From: Narcine bancroftii
Lineage: Eukaryota
NCBI RefSeq assembly: GCF_036971445.1
Contig: NC_091474.1
Coordinates: 14,012,001-14,076,000 of the forward strand
Reading direction: 5' to 3'
DNA length: 64,000 bases
Within the stretch, counting starts at the first letter, position 1. Each line of letters begins with the position of its first letter. The notes under the pieces are model-generated. The model worked only from the letters and a program-made list of their open reading frames with translations. It ran no database searches and was not told where the DNA came from. The position numbers and the translations under genes were made by a program. Below, in pieces: positions 1 to 12,505 of this stretch.

Positions 1-371
1 GAATCTTGAGGCTATGTCCTCTGGTTCTGGTCTCACCTGGCAATGGAAACAACTTACCTACTTCTATCTTACCTATGCCTTTCATAATTTTATATGTTTC
101 GATAAAATCCTCTCTCATTCTTATAAATTCCAGCAAATACAGTTCTATACAACTCAATCTCTCCTCATAGGCAACCCCTTCATCTCTGAAATCAATCTGA
201 TGAACCTCCTCTGCATCGCATCCAAATCCAGTCCGTCCTTCCTCAAGTAAGGAGACCAGAACTGCACGCAGTACTCGAGATGTGATCTCAACAATACTTC
301 GTGCAGTGACAGCATAACTTCTCTGCTCTTAAATTCAATGTCTTGAAGGCCAACATTCTATTTGCCTTCTT

Positions 372-1013
372 AAATTTTTTATTTTTCACACTATGAACCA
401 TACTGACCAAAATACACATAAACATTTCCCTCTTGAATATACAGTGTCATTTTCTCCCCTTTTCCCCCCCTCCCTTCCCTCCCTCCTTCACCCCCCTCCC
501 CACACACTCAACGTTCAACATATATGATACATTAAACCCATTAAACAATGTCATCACACAATGAAAATAAACAAGAAATTTGTGTCTTCTACTTTTACAT
601 ACTGGGTCAGTTCATCTCGTCGTCTTCTCCTTCTGTCATTTTAGGTGGTGGAGGTCCGCGGTAGGACATCTCTATTGTGTTCCATGTATGATTCCCAAAT
701 TTGTTCAAATACTGTGATGTTATTTCTTAAACTATATGTTATTTTTTCCAATGGAATACATTTATTCATTTCCATGTACCATTGCTGTATTCTCAGGCTG
801 TCTTCAAATTTCCAGGTTGACATAATACATTTTTTTGCTACAGCTAAGGCTATCATAATAAATCTTTTTTGTGCTCCATCCAAATCGAGTCCAAGTTCTT
901 TACTTCTTATATTACTTAGAAGAAAGATCTCTGGATTTTTTGGTATGTTGCTTTTTGTGATTTTATTTAATACCTGGTTTAGATCTTCCCAAAACTTTTC
1001 CACTTTTTCACAT
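372..1013 (-). mobile_element. 5'-truncated L1-like LINE (ORF2 C-terminus, 3' UTR and A-rich tail) inserted in CR1
   Basis: ORF 641-1090(-) encodes CEKVEKFWEDL..IALAVAKKCIMSTWK..W..EM..CIPLEKITY..FEQIW, the fish-type L1 ORF2 C-terminus. A G-rich 3' UTR and a T-rich tail at 372-386 follow on the + strand. CR1 text joins across it (ttgccttct / gatgacctgctgcacc). A second copy lies at 59478-59793. Confidence 0.88.
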
Positions 1014-2514
1014 GATGACCTGCTGCACCTGCAAATCAACCTTTTGGAATTTATACATGAGCACTCCCAAGTCCTTCTGCACGGCAGCATGCTTCAATCG
1101 CTTTCCATTTAAACAATATTCTGATCTTCCATTCTTCCGAAGGAGATAACCTCAATTTTGCCAACATTGTAGTCCATCTGCCAGATCATTGCCCACTCAC
1201 TTAATCTATCTATATCTTTCTGCTCTATTTGCTTTTCCACTCAATTTATTGTAATCAGAAAACATAGATACACTATACTGTCCCCTCTTCTGATCGGAAA
1301 CTGTGAACAGTTGCAGGCCTTGGACCGATCCAGCTGGCACCCTACTCACCACCTATTGCCAACCAGAAAACACCTTGGCATCCCAACTCTGCTTTCTATT
1401 GGCTAACCAATCCTCTACCCATGCTAATACATCACCCCCAATTCTATACCTCCTTATCTTCTGTATGTCTTTTATGTGGCACCTTATAGAACACTGTCTT
1501 AAAATCCAGGTAAGCAAAGTCCATCTGCTCCTCTCTATCCATCACAGTCATTATATCCTCAAAGAATTCAAGTAAATTTGTCACACAGAAATTGCCTTTT
1601 GCTGAATCCATGCTGTGTCTGCCTGATGGATCCATTTAGTTTCAGATGCCTCACTATTTCTTCTTTAATGATAGCTTCAAGCATTTTTACCAACTACAAA
1701 TGTTAAAATAACTGGCCTATAGTTCCCTACATCCTCTTTTGAATAGTGGTGTGACATTCACTAGCTTCCAGAGTCCATAGAATTTTGATAAATTTTCACC
1801 TCAGCCTCCACTATAACTTCTGCTATTTCTTTCAGTATCCTGAGATTCATTCCAACAGGATCAGGGATTTTTATGTCTTTAGACCCTCAAGTTTTCTGAG
1901 TATGATCTGTTTAGTGATAGCTATTACATCCAGGTCCTTACTTCCCATACCATCCATAACATCTGTCTTTGGCATGTTCGACATGTCCTCCATCGTGAAT
2001 ACTGTGTCATTAGTATTAAAATAATCATTAAAAGCCTGAGCCATTTCCTCATTATCCAATATGAATCTCCCTTCTCATCTTCTAAGGGTCCAACCTTCAC
2101 TTTTGCACTTTATATAATTTTATGCTTTCTATAATTATAAAAACTTTTACTGACTGTTTTTATATTTTGTGCTAATCATTTCTCACAGTCTATCTTCCAT
2201 TTCTAGATTGCTTGCTTCATTTCTTTTTGTTGCTTCTTTAAGGTTTTCCAATCTGGTTTTCAATTGCTCTTGGCGACTCTGAACACACAGCTGTAAGTTA
2301 GATGCCTTCCTTGATCTCCTTAGTTAGCTAAGGCTAGCTGTCCCCATCCTTACTGTCCTTGCTTTTACTTGGAAAATACTTTTGTTGAGCACTGTGAAAA
2401 ATCTCTTCGAAAGTCCTCCACTGTTCCTCAACCATCCCTCCCTATAACCTGCATCCCCAGTCTACCCTAACCAACACCTCCCTCATCCCCTTGTAGCTTC
2501 TCGTGTTTAGGCAT

Positions 2515-3455
2515 TTAGAAATTCATCAAGACAAAGGCTACTTAGACAAAATTGATTTTATTTTCTTAATCCATGATAATAACATCAATATTTAACTTAT
2601 TACTATTAACTTAACCCCCTTCTAATTCTAAGAACAAGTATATGCAATGTCTATGTGTTCAGGAAAGTTCTTTGTTTCACTGTCCAATCATTCACTTTTC
2701 ACTTCTCCAAGTTCACTGGTATCAGGCAAACTTCCGAACTGCACACAGAATTTAACATTTATTATCTTCACCAGGCTCTGGTGCTTTAACTTATTACCAT
2801 TCAGGAAGTCTTTGTTGGTTTCAGAGAGAGATTCCTTTTTTTGATGGACACACACAAACTGATCTCCTTTAATCAGCCACTTCAGTGTCTTGCCAAAAAA
2901 AAACTGCCCCCTCCCACCTCGTGGGCCTTTCCAAAAGAAAACCTCTTCTTCCAGGTTACCACAAAGAATTCTTATTTCTCCCCATTTCAGGAAAAACACA
3001 TTAACCAATCACAGCCTCCGCAATTGACTGCAGAGATTTATAATAGGCTGAACTCGGAACTCAAAACACATCTGCAAACATGGAGTTTTCACAACAAATT
3101 GTTGCAGAATGCTGTCAGTCTCTCTCTCTCTTTTCCCCAAAGAATGAATGTTTTCTCTCTGTTTGCAAAATCACATGACCCCTCTTGGAACAGCAACCTT
3201 CAATCAGCAACAAAAACTTCTGGCACCAGTCATAATAGCAAAACATTTTCAGTTCTTGATCCTGGGTGCTGTGCAAACATGTTGATCAATTAACACTTAC
3301 TTGTAAAACTCTCACAAGTACTCTCCCATTGTCTCAGCAAAGCCAATTGGACACTTGAGACATTTGTTTGCAAAATGTGATCACCAACTAAACTTCACAA
3401 TCTTACCCCTTTTAAGATATATATTATATTAATTGTATTAACCCATTCCATAACA
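2515..3455 (-). mobile_element. Probable solo LTR (~940 bp) inserted in CR1
   Basis: Non-CR1 block between tgtttaggcat and cataacacacttg. One end reads TGTTATGGAA on the minus strand and AATAAA lies near the other end. It resembles the block at 5630-6438 in opposite orientation. The left terminus is degraded. Confidence 0.55.
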
Positions 3456-3596
3456 CATAACACACTTGTTTTAGACCAAACTATTGTACCCTCTATTTGT
3501 ATGCTAAACTCACTCATACCGTGATCACTCTTTTCAAGAGGATCCCAAACTACTAATTTTATCAGTCTCATTGTACAGGACCAGATCCAAGGTAGC

Positions 3597-3827
3597 TGTA
3601 GAGCTCGTCGAAAGAACCAAAGACTTGTTGATCCAAACCAAGGCTTTTATTAGCAAAAGACAGGAGCTCTTCACAGGTGGTCGACCAGTCCGGAATGATC
3701 CGACCTGGCTAGGGACACAACCCTTTAAGGCCCAGACAGTAGGCGTGGCTAAGCTCTCAGCCAATTGCTGTAAGCACAGTCTAGATACTGTAACTCTATA
3801 CATTGGTGATAGGTCTGTATTATCACA
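3597..3827 (-). mobile_element. Short solo LTR (231 bp) with 5-bp TSD
   Basis: TG...CA termini (tgtagag...tatcaca) are flanked by identical GTAGC (3592-3596, 3828-3832). AATAAAA lies on the minus strand at ~3645-3651. Removing it restores CR1 ccagatccaaggtagcatattcccc. Confidence 0.88.
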
Positions 3828-4879
3828 GTAGCATATTCCCCTGAAGGTTCAGTAACATGCTGTTCAAGAAAGCCATCCTGTATGCATTCTCTGAAGTCCT
3901 CCTCAAGGTTGCCTCGACTATCCTGCTTTACCTAATCTATATGTATGTTAAAGGCCCCCACAATAAGTACTGATCCATCCTTGCATGCCGCCGATATGTC
4001 TTGGTTTATTGCCTGTGCCACTGTAATGTAATTAGTGGATGGCCAACAGTCATCTCTCACCAGTGATTTTCTTCCCTTTACTGTTCCTAATCTCTACCCA
4101 AATGGACTCAATAATTTGCTCATTAGATCTTATATTATCTCTCACTATTGCCCTGATCTCATCCTTAACTGAGAGTGCTACCCCACCTCCCTTAACTTCC
4201 TACCTCACCTTTCTTATTAACTGATATCCTTGAATATTTAATTCCTAATCCTCTCCACCCCGCAGCCACATTTTTGTAATGACCACTAAATAATACCCCC
4301 TTGTACTGATTTGTCCCACAAGTTCACTGACCTTGTTTCAAATACTACAGGCATTCAGATAATGTGCCCTTATACTCATGGTGCTTTTAAAACCATCTTT
4401 GCCTCTTTTGCGCTTGACTTTCATTCCCTCTACTCTTACTTTTCTCTTTTTTAAACTTTGCTTTTACCTTCCACACTTTTCTTCTTTTACATCATCCATC
4501 CCTCTACAATCTATTGAACCCCCTCACGATTTAATTTAAGTCCCTGTCCACTGTCCAAGTGATCCAGTGAGCATTGAAGGGAAAAAAAACACACCAGCAT
4601 TTGGGATTAGTAGTTCATTTCAGCCTCAGAATACCATTTCAAGAATTCCTCGGTGCAGTATTCTCACAAAAATCATTTTCAATTTCTTCTCAGTGAATGT
4701 CCTTTTGTCATAAAATCAATGGGGAGATTTGCTGACAACTGGACAATCTTAATTTGTGTTTCAAACTTCAACAAATGAAGCAATCCAGTGCAAGCAATTA
4801 AAATCAGACAATGTTCAAGCTTGAACTGACAAGTGGAAAATAATATAAGTTCTACAGAAACATTGACCAATCTCCAACA

Positions 4880-5270
4880 TTTGAGTCTAATCCACTGTAC
4901 TTGTCACTCAATGGCATTTGCATCACAGACTCCATTAACACCCTCTGGAAGGCTCCCATTGACTCGAAACCTGACTGGATGAACTAAATAAATACTGAGA
5001 CTACAACATTTTGTCAGGGACTGTGCCTCCTGCAGTGAATGGCTCACCTTCAGGCATTCCAATGATGTTTCTCCATTGTGACATCATACAGGACAAAGTT
5101 GTCCACTTGATAGGTAGTCCTCCACTACCCTAAACATTCATTTCCTCCACCACTGAACACACAATGCCAGTGCAGTTACTTGGCTAGGCTATTCCAACAG
5201 CATTTCTCAAGTTTACCATCACACAGTTTAAAGGCAGTAGACATGACCACTTATACTTCCCCCTTCAGGT
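4880..5270 (+). mobile_element. Ancient non-LTR retrotransposon 3' remnant
   Basis: Degenerate RT C-terminal text (gacatcatacaggacaaag..cacttgataggtagtcctccac..cattcatttcctccaccactgaacacacaatg). A related antisense remnant lies at ~47700-48130. Confidence 0.45.
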
Positions 5271-5629
5271 CGCCTCATACGCAAGGCTGCTGTTCATTTT
5301 CATGTTTTACTTCTGACTACCATACAACTCTGTGAAAGCTCTTCAAGAGATGCCGACCCTGAAAAAGTTCTCCCTTTGCTCTCCGAAGGGAGTTTTGTGA
5401 TATTCTCTCTCGCTGCTCCCCATCTGTAATCCCAGCTGCTCTCAAGCTTTATGACCATGTACTCACCCAGAGATCCCCTCCCTCCCTTCTCCACCTATCA
5501 CCTCCTGCCTTTTCCTGGCTCCTGTTAACCTTTTTGTTCAGACGTGTGCCAACATTCTTCCATCCCTTGATGAAGAGTTCAAGCCCAAAATATTGGTTAT
5601 GTATTTTTACTTGCTATATAAAGGACCCT

Positions 5630-6240
5630 TTTGCAGGCTTACATTATTCTTTATTTTATATATTATATTTTAGTGAGTTACTGTGTGGAGTTGGAACAGG
5701 GAAAGTCACTCACAGATTTCATAATATCATTTTGAACAGACAACCTGGCTCCAAAGCCAAAACTGTAAACCAGTGTTATTGTTCTCAATTTAAAGACCAA
5801 AATAATGAATATTTTCCAAAAGAAGAAATATGTTCAAATAAAAGGACACCTGCTGATGACTCAGGCTTTTGGGAAATTGAAACTGAAAACCAGTACTGAT
5901 CAAGCAAGTTATTCATCAGAAAGCCATCTGCAAAGACAGAATTGAAGTGACTCTCAGTGAGATGGTCACTTCTGCTGCTTCTCTTTGTCAGAGGAGAGCA
6001 GTGATACTGTGGCCATTGTAATAGTCATTTTTGTTTGACCTTTCTCTGAGTCAAGGAAACAGGATCAATCTTGTATTTGGATCGTGACCATTCTAATGGT
6101 CATTTCATTTAACCCATTCCATAACACATAACATCATGGAAGTTGGACGATTTGTAACCCCGAAGCAAGGAAGAGGGGAGTTGTGACAAATCATTCATAT
6201 GAAAGAACATTTTTCAGAAACTCGACAAAAATTCATGAGT

Positions 6241-6316
<76 letters not shown>

Positions 6317-6438
6317 ACACATGTTTGTGCATAGTTGGGGTTAAATTTAGATTTAATAAGATGTTATATTATTAATAGTTATTAATAAAAATATTATTTT
6401 AAGATACCAATCAATTGCTACTGGTCTATGATACAACA
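5630..6438 (+). mobile_element. Probable solo LTR carrying a (CA)n microsatellite
   Basis: Interrupts the Penelope terminus. It has an AT-rich 3' part with AATAAA (~6385) and ends in ...acaaca. It resembles 2515-3455 in reverse. Boundaries are approximate. Confidence 0.5.
6244..6321 (+). repeat. (CA)n microsatellite, ~39 units with one interruption
   Basis: Directly visible. Confidence 0.98.
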
Positions 6439-8144
6439 ACTGTTTGATCAGCTGAGTTTCTCCAGCATTTTTGTGTTTTTACTTCAACCATGGTGTCTAC
6501 AGATTTTTGTGATTTCCTGCTGTTTGCTGACTTCAACTCAGTGTTTAACACAATCATTCCCTAGAGACTGGTGGAGAAGCTGTCCTCAATGGGACTCAAC
6601 ATCCCTTTCTGTAACTGGAAAGAAGACGGGAGGCTTTAACAGAAACCTGTTTGAAGATGGAAGATAAGGTGTTTTTCCTCCAATCTGAGGAATAAATGAA
6701 GGGGAAATCTGCCGTTGTTGGAAATCAGAAGCATTAATCCATGGACTGCATGATTAGTTTGGATGTGTAAAGTTATGCACTTCAGGGAACATGCTTGCTT
6801 AAAATTGGTCAAAGGTGCATCTCAAATTTCTCATAACCTTCACCATGTTTCCGTGTTTCATGTTCATTTTTTAAAAAAATCCGCGATGCCTGCAAAAAAA
6901 TGGAGATAAAGTATAGTTGATACATCATTGTAACTACTTAATCAGCTTACGGGTCACCATAGAGATATTGTTTTGCAGAATTTAATTTGCATGAACACAG
7001 CCATTACTAATTCTTGTTGGAGATTACAATTCTCTGGCAAGGAAAGTAGTTTTCAAGTAGCATTTTAAAAAATTCTAATCTTAAGGGTGTTTTTCAAAAA
7101 CAGGAAGTAAAGTAAAGCCTCTTTCTGGTCAGAGATTTGCAGAGGAAAGACATAATGATGCTGTTGTATTTGACTTGTTAGTCTTGAAAAAGCTACAGGC
7201 AACACTTGTTTTCATTACATGATTAAGTGCCACAGAAATAATGTCTGGCCCAAGGCATGCAGCTGAAATGCATTTACGACCATTTGAAACCATGTCATTG
7301 GAAATGCATCTGTGGATGGTATATCAAACATTTTTGTTTCCAAATCAATGTCATTTCTGAAAAATCTTTCTTGTAAATTTCAGGATTAGTTCCAAGATAA
7401 ATCACATTTGGCCAAATTGAGATTATTTGGGGCACTTTGTACTGGTCTCTTTTCAAATAAATGCTTTCATTTACTTAAAGGTCAAAAAAGCAGTCATTGA
7501 AAATTGGGTGCAGGCGAGTATGAAAGACCAGTTTGTGTAATGATTTTTTTTATATGTTGCTTGTTGCCTTGCAATTTTGGATACTTAAAGGCAATTATGA
7601 ATTATAAAACTTGAAAGTTAGAGAGGGATTCTTTGAAGTGATAACACACGTGGTCATTCAACTTAACTGTATCTTTAGCCAAAAGCAACATATTTCCATT
7701 TTGACCACATTACACAGAACTGATGATCAATGATTACACGCCAAGTTCTTTTATTTGAGTACTAATTGATATTTACAATGATTCCCACCCACATAAACAA
7801 AGTTATCAGTGTTACCACACTATTTTTGGGATCATTTGCAAGTTTCTCTAATTAGTCCAGTAGAGAACTATCAAGGATAATCTAAAGATTTATTTGATTA
7901 TCTGGAAAATAGTTTGAAAAGTTGACTTCTTGATTGATTCAACAACCACAATAAGACAAAAGTAATTTCTGTTTTGACCGACTTCAGGACAGACATTTAT
8001 ATAAGGCTGCATTGAATATTTTATTTCCCCAAAAGTTAATGGATTATTCTATGACTGGAAGCAAACTCTGTGTTTATGATCGTCGATGAGCTGAAACTAT
8101 TTTTTGCCTGCTATTCCCATGTATGAGCAGAACCTCTCATTCTA

Positions 8145-8560
8145 CAAGTTCTACAAGAATCTATAGTCACTGTGATTGAAGTAAAAACACAATTCTGGAG
8201 AAACTCAGCAGGTCAGACATCGATTTCTCTGTTTTATGCTAGACCCCATTCTCCCTCTCTTCCCTATTTCTCTGTCTCCTTTCCTCCAGCTCTCCACCCC
8301 CTTCTGCCTTTATTCACAGAGTCAATCTTCCTCCCTGTTTGCTGTCATGCCCTCCCTCCCTTATCCACCTATTACCTCCTGCCTGTGGGACTGTGCTCCT
8401 CCCCCTGCCCCACCCCTCCACCATTTTATTCAGGTACCTGCCTACATTTTTCTTATACCTGATGAAGGGCTCAAGCCTGAAATGTTAGTTATGTACCTTT
8501 ATCTTTGTTATATAAAGTATGCTGTTTGACCTGCTGAGTTTCTCCAGCATTGTGTTTTTG
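8145..8560 (+). mobile_element. Penelope-like terminal fragment with inverted terminal copy and 11-bp TSD
   Basis: aaaaacacaattctggagaaactcagcaggtca (~8183-8215) is the inverse of tgacctgctgagtttctccagcattgtgttttt (~8527-8559). The fragment is flanked by CTCTCATTCTA at 8134-8144 and 8561-8571. Confidence 0.8.
8452..8495 (+). ncRNA. Decayed minimal hammerhead ribozyme motif of a Penelope terminus
   Basis: CTGATGA (8459-8465), then stem II agggc-tcaa-gcct, then GAAA (8479-8482). The following tgtt looks like a CpG-decayed cgtt/cgtc. Penelope-like elements are known to carry minimal hammerheads. Confidence 0.6.
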
Positions 8561-11500
8561 CTCTCATTCTATAATGGCATTATTCAAATTGATTCACTTA
8601 AGAACAGGTTGCATAAATGGAGGAGATTCTGAGCCAGAGATAGCACCTGGCCACAAAAAAAGGATCCTGCCTCCGGCAATACCCTTTAATGATTGACACC
8701 CACCAAGGTGATCATTCCGAATTCAGTTCTGCAGAAGAGATTTCCAACCACCTCATTGCCAAACTGGCTCAATGCTCACAATCCCTCAAAATGGCTGGAT
8801 GTTAGGTGCACAGTACAATTCTGATGCTTGCTCAATTCCAGCACTAATAATAATGAGTTTATTGTCATACACACAAGTACAATGTACAAAATGTCCCTGT
8901 TGTGCAGAATATTATCAATATTGTGCCAATTTTTTTCCTAAAAATATTCCAAAAAATTTAAAAAAAATAGAAATTTCTTAATAAAAGCTAATATTTCAAT
9001 TAGAACAGTTGCCAGTTATCATTGTTTTAATTAGGTTAATTTGCATGTAATATCCACTCGTCAACTCACTTTATGTCATTATAAAGTTCCTGCAAGGAAA
9101 ATGTACAAAGAATAGAACGGTCTCGAATGGGGCAAACAGCACGTCTTTCCTCCAAGTGTCTTGAAATCATCAGTTCAACAGCTTATCAATTATTATTATC
9201 TTCCCAATCTTTCTTTGCATCTGCTTTTATGAGAGCTCCCAATTTGGGGTGATAAACATTATTTACCTTTCATGTTTTGTTAGAATTATGATGCCTGAGA
9301 CTCCAAATGTCTTGCATGAGATCCACTGCATTCTGTAATTCCCCAAGGAAAAGTGATTAAAGAAATTGTCTTCAGTGTAATATTGACAAGAATTCTGAAT
9401 AAGAAATTATTTGGATAATCCATTAAATATTTTGCTTTGAAAAGTACATAACATATATTTTACAAATGCAAATTTATCTCATTTCCCCAGAATGAATGTA
9501 TCAGAACTTGTAAATGTCCGAGGCAAGAGAAAAGCCGATGATCACTCATTCCAAATCTATTTGAAAGGATGTTGGACTCCTTCTGCCTATTGTTTTCCTT
9601 ATCTTTTATTGAAATGTTCAGAGCACCTTCCAAAGCAATACTTCATGAATGTATTCCAGAATCTTATCAGCTACAGCTCAAAGAAGAAGGGAGTTGGCTA
9701 GTGCAAACAAGAAAAAAGCAGAAGGATAAGGAGGAAGGGAGGAGAATCTACATAGCCAATCTGCTCAGGTTTTTAAAATTCATTTTTGGGATGTTGGTAT
9801 CACTGTTAAAGCCAGGAGTTATTGATTCATTCCAAAATGTCCTCAAGAAAGTAGTGCTGAGAATCCTTCTGCCTGTCTGCCATGGTGTCACCACCAATGG
9901 TGAGTTCTTCCTGGAGATGAGACAGGATTGTGATGACAGTCTGACACAAGAATTTGGGTTAGGGTTTGGCTTGGATTTGCTTGTGTGAGTTTGTTGCTTT
10001 AATTGTTAATGGGACAATTCTCCCAATTTAGATAACAGGTCCCAGATACTTGTGAGGACATTGTAAGACAACAAAAAACTTTGCTGTATCCAAATTCAAT
10101 GCTCAATTGATGCCAGACACTTTGTCCAGTTTTATTTCTTTTCTCCTTGAATGTAATGATACTGAAACATAGAGCTTTGCTCAGCCATTTTGAAGGGCTT
10201 TTTGGAATCAACAAAATGTGATTGGGTTAAATGATCTGGACAAATAAAATCAGATCGAATCAAATTTCTCATGTTTTCACCGTTGAAAATTGAGAAGTAT
10301 CTTCAGGAATATTGAAAGTTCAGGGGAACACTCAAAACAGAAATGAAGAAGGCAAAGAGTGTGTATGAGGTGTTGCTGATGGATAAGACTGAAGAAAGGT
10401 TGAGTAGTCAAGGGTAGATTGCTCTCAACATACTTGGCCGGGCTCTTTTGGGACCAAAAGGACAATCTCTACATGGACCACACATGGGTGAGGTTTCAAA
10501 TAAGTAATTCCTTATCAATAAGGAAGACAACCAATAAGGAAGTCAACTATCAGAAGGAACTAATTTGCAGAGCTCTGGAGAATCCAGCTGGTATGGACTT
10601 AATTTATGAATCTGAAATTTCCTGATATGATGATGTACTGATTTACACTTATTGCCAAAATAAGCAAGAGTTTTACATATACCAACTACATATCCAGCAG
10701 GATAATTCCAAGAACACTCTCTAATTTCACCTTCTATTTCATGTGAACGTGGCTGAATTTGGCTGAATTCTGAACTGTAGATTTTAACTATTCTTGCCAA
10801 ATACTGTAACAATTAATTTGCGTTCCTTTGCTGCCCTTCCCTGACTCAAAACTGAACATGCCGGACGGAGACTGTTTAGAATTAGAAAGGACACAATAGG
10901 CCAGAATTTGTTCTCAAAATAGCAAGGGTTGTGTCTGTTTATTTGTAAATTACACAGCAATTTTGGGTTAAAAGTGACAACCAAATGTTGGAAACTTGTA
11001 AAACTACGCTGCTTTTGACAATGAAATAACAATTTGTTGACTGCCATATATCAAGTTTAATATTGCTGCTGTATTTGCACAGTAGAAACAAACAAAATCA
11101 AATATGGATGTTTATGACGAGTAATCGACAAAATGATTATGGGTTAAATGAGGTGACAATTAAGTCCTATCCCCCTATACATTGTTTCAGTGAGAAACAA
11201 TATCATTACATATTTTTCACTAAGAATACAATCAGAAAATGAAAATGGCAATTTTAGCTGATATCTTAAATATTTTATAGGATATGGTATAAAGATTGAA
11301 TTAAGGAATGGGCAAAATACAAAATATAAACTTTTTAAGAAACAAAATTGTGAAATATTCATATAAATGAATCATTGTGCATTATTTTTTTTAGTGTCAG
11401 TGAGTTTGCTAAGCAGTAATTACCATTTAAAAATCACTTAGAGCTCTCAAGCAACAAAACGTGACATTTTCAAATTATTTTAAATCAAGACCATCTGTAT

Positions 11501-11610
11501 GACCTGAAGGTCTCACCAATTCAAATTTAATTCTCCTGGTTTCAAGAGTCAAAGCAGGAAAAAAAACCCAGTCTTTGAAGAGGGGAGGGGGTGGCGGGGG
11601 CTGCATTGCT

Positions 11611-12010
11611 TCAAGTTACGTCAAATTTATTGTCATCTGATTGTACAAGTACAACCTGACAAAATAGTGCTCTCTGGTCCTCGGTGCAGAACACGCAGGT
11701 ATTTCTTTGGCTTGGCTTCGCGGACGAAGATTTATGGAGGGGGTAAAAGTCCACGTCAGCTGCAGGCTCGTTTGTGGCTGACAAGTCCGATGCGGGACAG
11801 GCAGACACGGTTGCAGCGGCTGCAGGGGAAAATTGGTTGGTTGGGGTTGGGTGTTGGGTTTTTCCTCCTTTTCAGGTATACAACCAGACATAACACACAT
11901 ACAGACAAACGATACATATGCAGGACAAGTATTTAATCTACACAAACAAATAAATATTGTTTCTTGAATATGAGACACTCAGATGGTTTGTGTGAACAAT
12001 TCCTTTGGTG
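11611..12010 (-). mobile_element. Rex1/Babar-type 3' end, host of an RTE insertion
   Basis: Matches the 3' end at 17683-17880 (tttattgtcatctgattgtacaagtacaacc..ggtcctcggtgca..accagacataacaca). Confidence 0.7.
11703..11872 (-). mobile_element. RTE LINE 3' end (170 bp), copy 1, with 7-bp TSD
   Basis: Near-identical to the 3' ends at 14420-14580 and 49460-49620. TSD CAGGTAT at 11696-11702 and 11873-11879. Confidence 0.95.
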
Positions 12011-12262
12011 AAAACTTACAGAAGTTTTTTTACGTTACATTTCACCTGCACAGAAATCCTCGAGTTACTTCCAGTTTCACAATATCCTGATGGTTAACAT
12101 TATAGTTATGGCACTACCATCACCTTAAACTCTGGGCCATTATCTTTTTCTATCCTTTCTGGTTCTTAATTCTCTTTCCTTTCTTTTTTTCTATCTCTTT
12201 TTTTTCTCTCGTTCACTTTTGTTTTTGGTTCTTCCTGTTTGAATTTATCAATCCTCATTTTT

Positions 12263-12505
12263 ATTTTTAAATTTAAATTTAGGACATACAGGCCTTTCCA
12301 GCCCGTGAGTCCTTGCCACCAAAATTCCCCAAATGACCAACAACCCCTGAATTTTTTGAAAGTTGGGAGGAAACCGGAGTCCCTGGGGAAAACCCACACA
12401 GACACAGGGAGAACGTACAAACTCCTTACAGACAGCACTGAATTTGAACCCAGGTAGCTGATGCTGTAAGAGCATTGCCCTAACTGCTACAATAACTGTG
12501 CCACC
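12263..12505 (-). mobile_element. tRNA-derived V-SINE (HE1-like)
   Basis: Minus strand: ggtggcacagt head, B-box-like gggttcaaatt, V-domain tgtgtgggttttcccc..ctccggttttcctcccaac, and a (taaatt)n tail. Confidence 0.85.

Larger units (their letters stand above)
1..4575 (-). mobile_element. Decayed CR1 LINE (ORF2 APE-RT, runs off the window start), interrupted by three younger insertions (372-1013, 2515-3455, 3597-3827)
   Basis: Minus-strand remnants read like CR1 ORF2: LEYCVQFWSPYLRKD-like at ~235-280, NLLEFFEDI..D..YLDFKTVFYKVPHKR (1444-1635), MDNEEMAQAFNDYF (1871-2059) and an APE start YLNACSI near 4330-4370. There are many stops and frameshifts. Confidence 0.9.
5470..6525 (+). mobile_element. 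Penelope-like 3' terminal remnant split by an LTR-like insertion
   Basis: cttgatgaagagttcaagcccaaaatattggttatgtat (from ~5566) and ctgtttgatcagctgagtttctccagcatt (from ~6440) are contiguous in the copies at 8455-8560 and 29980-30100. Confidence 0.7.

Noticed and set aside
9569-9988. 139-aa ORF with a hydrophobic start
   Set aside because: No recognisable domain or clear splice signals. The 3' half resembles an old LINE tail also seen at ~47660-47800.
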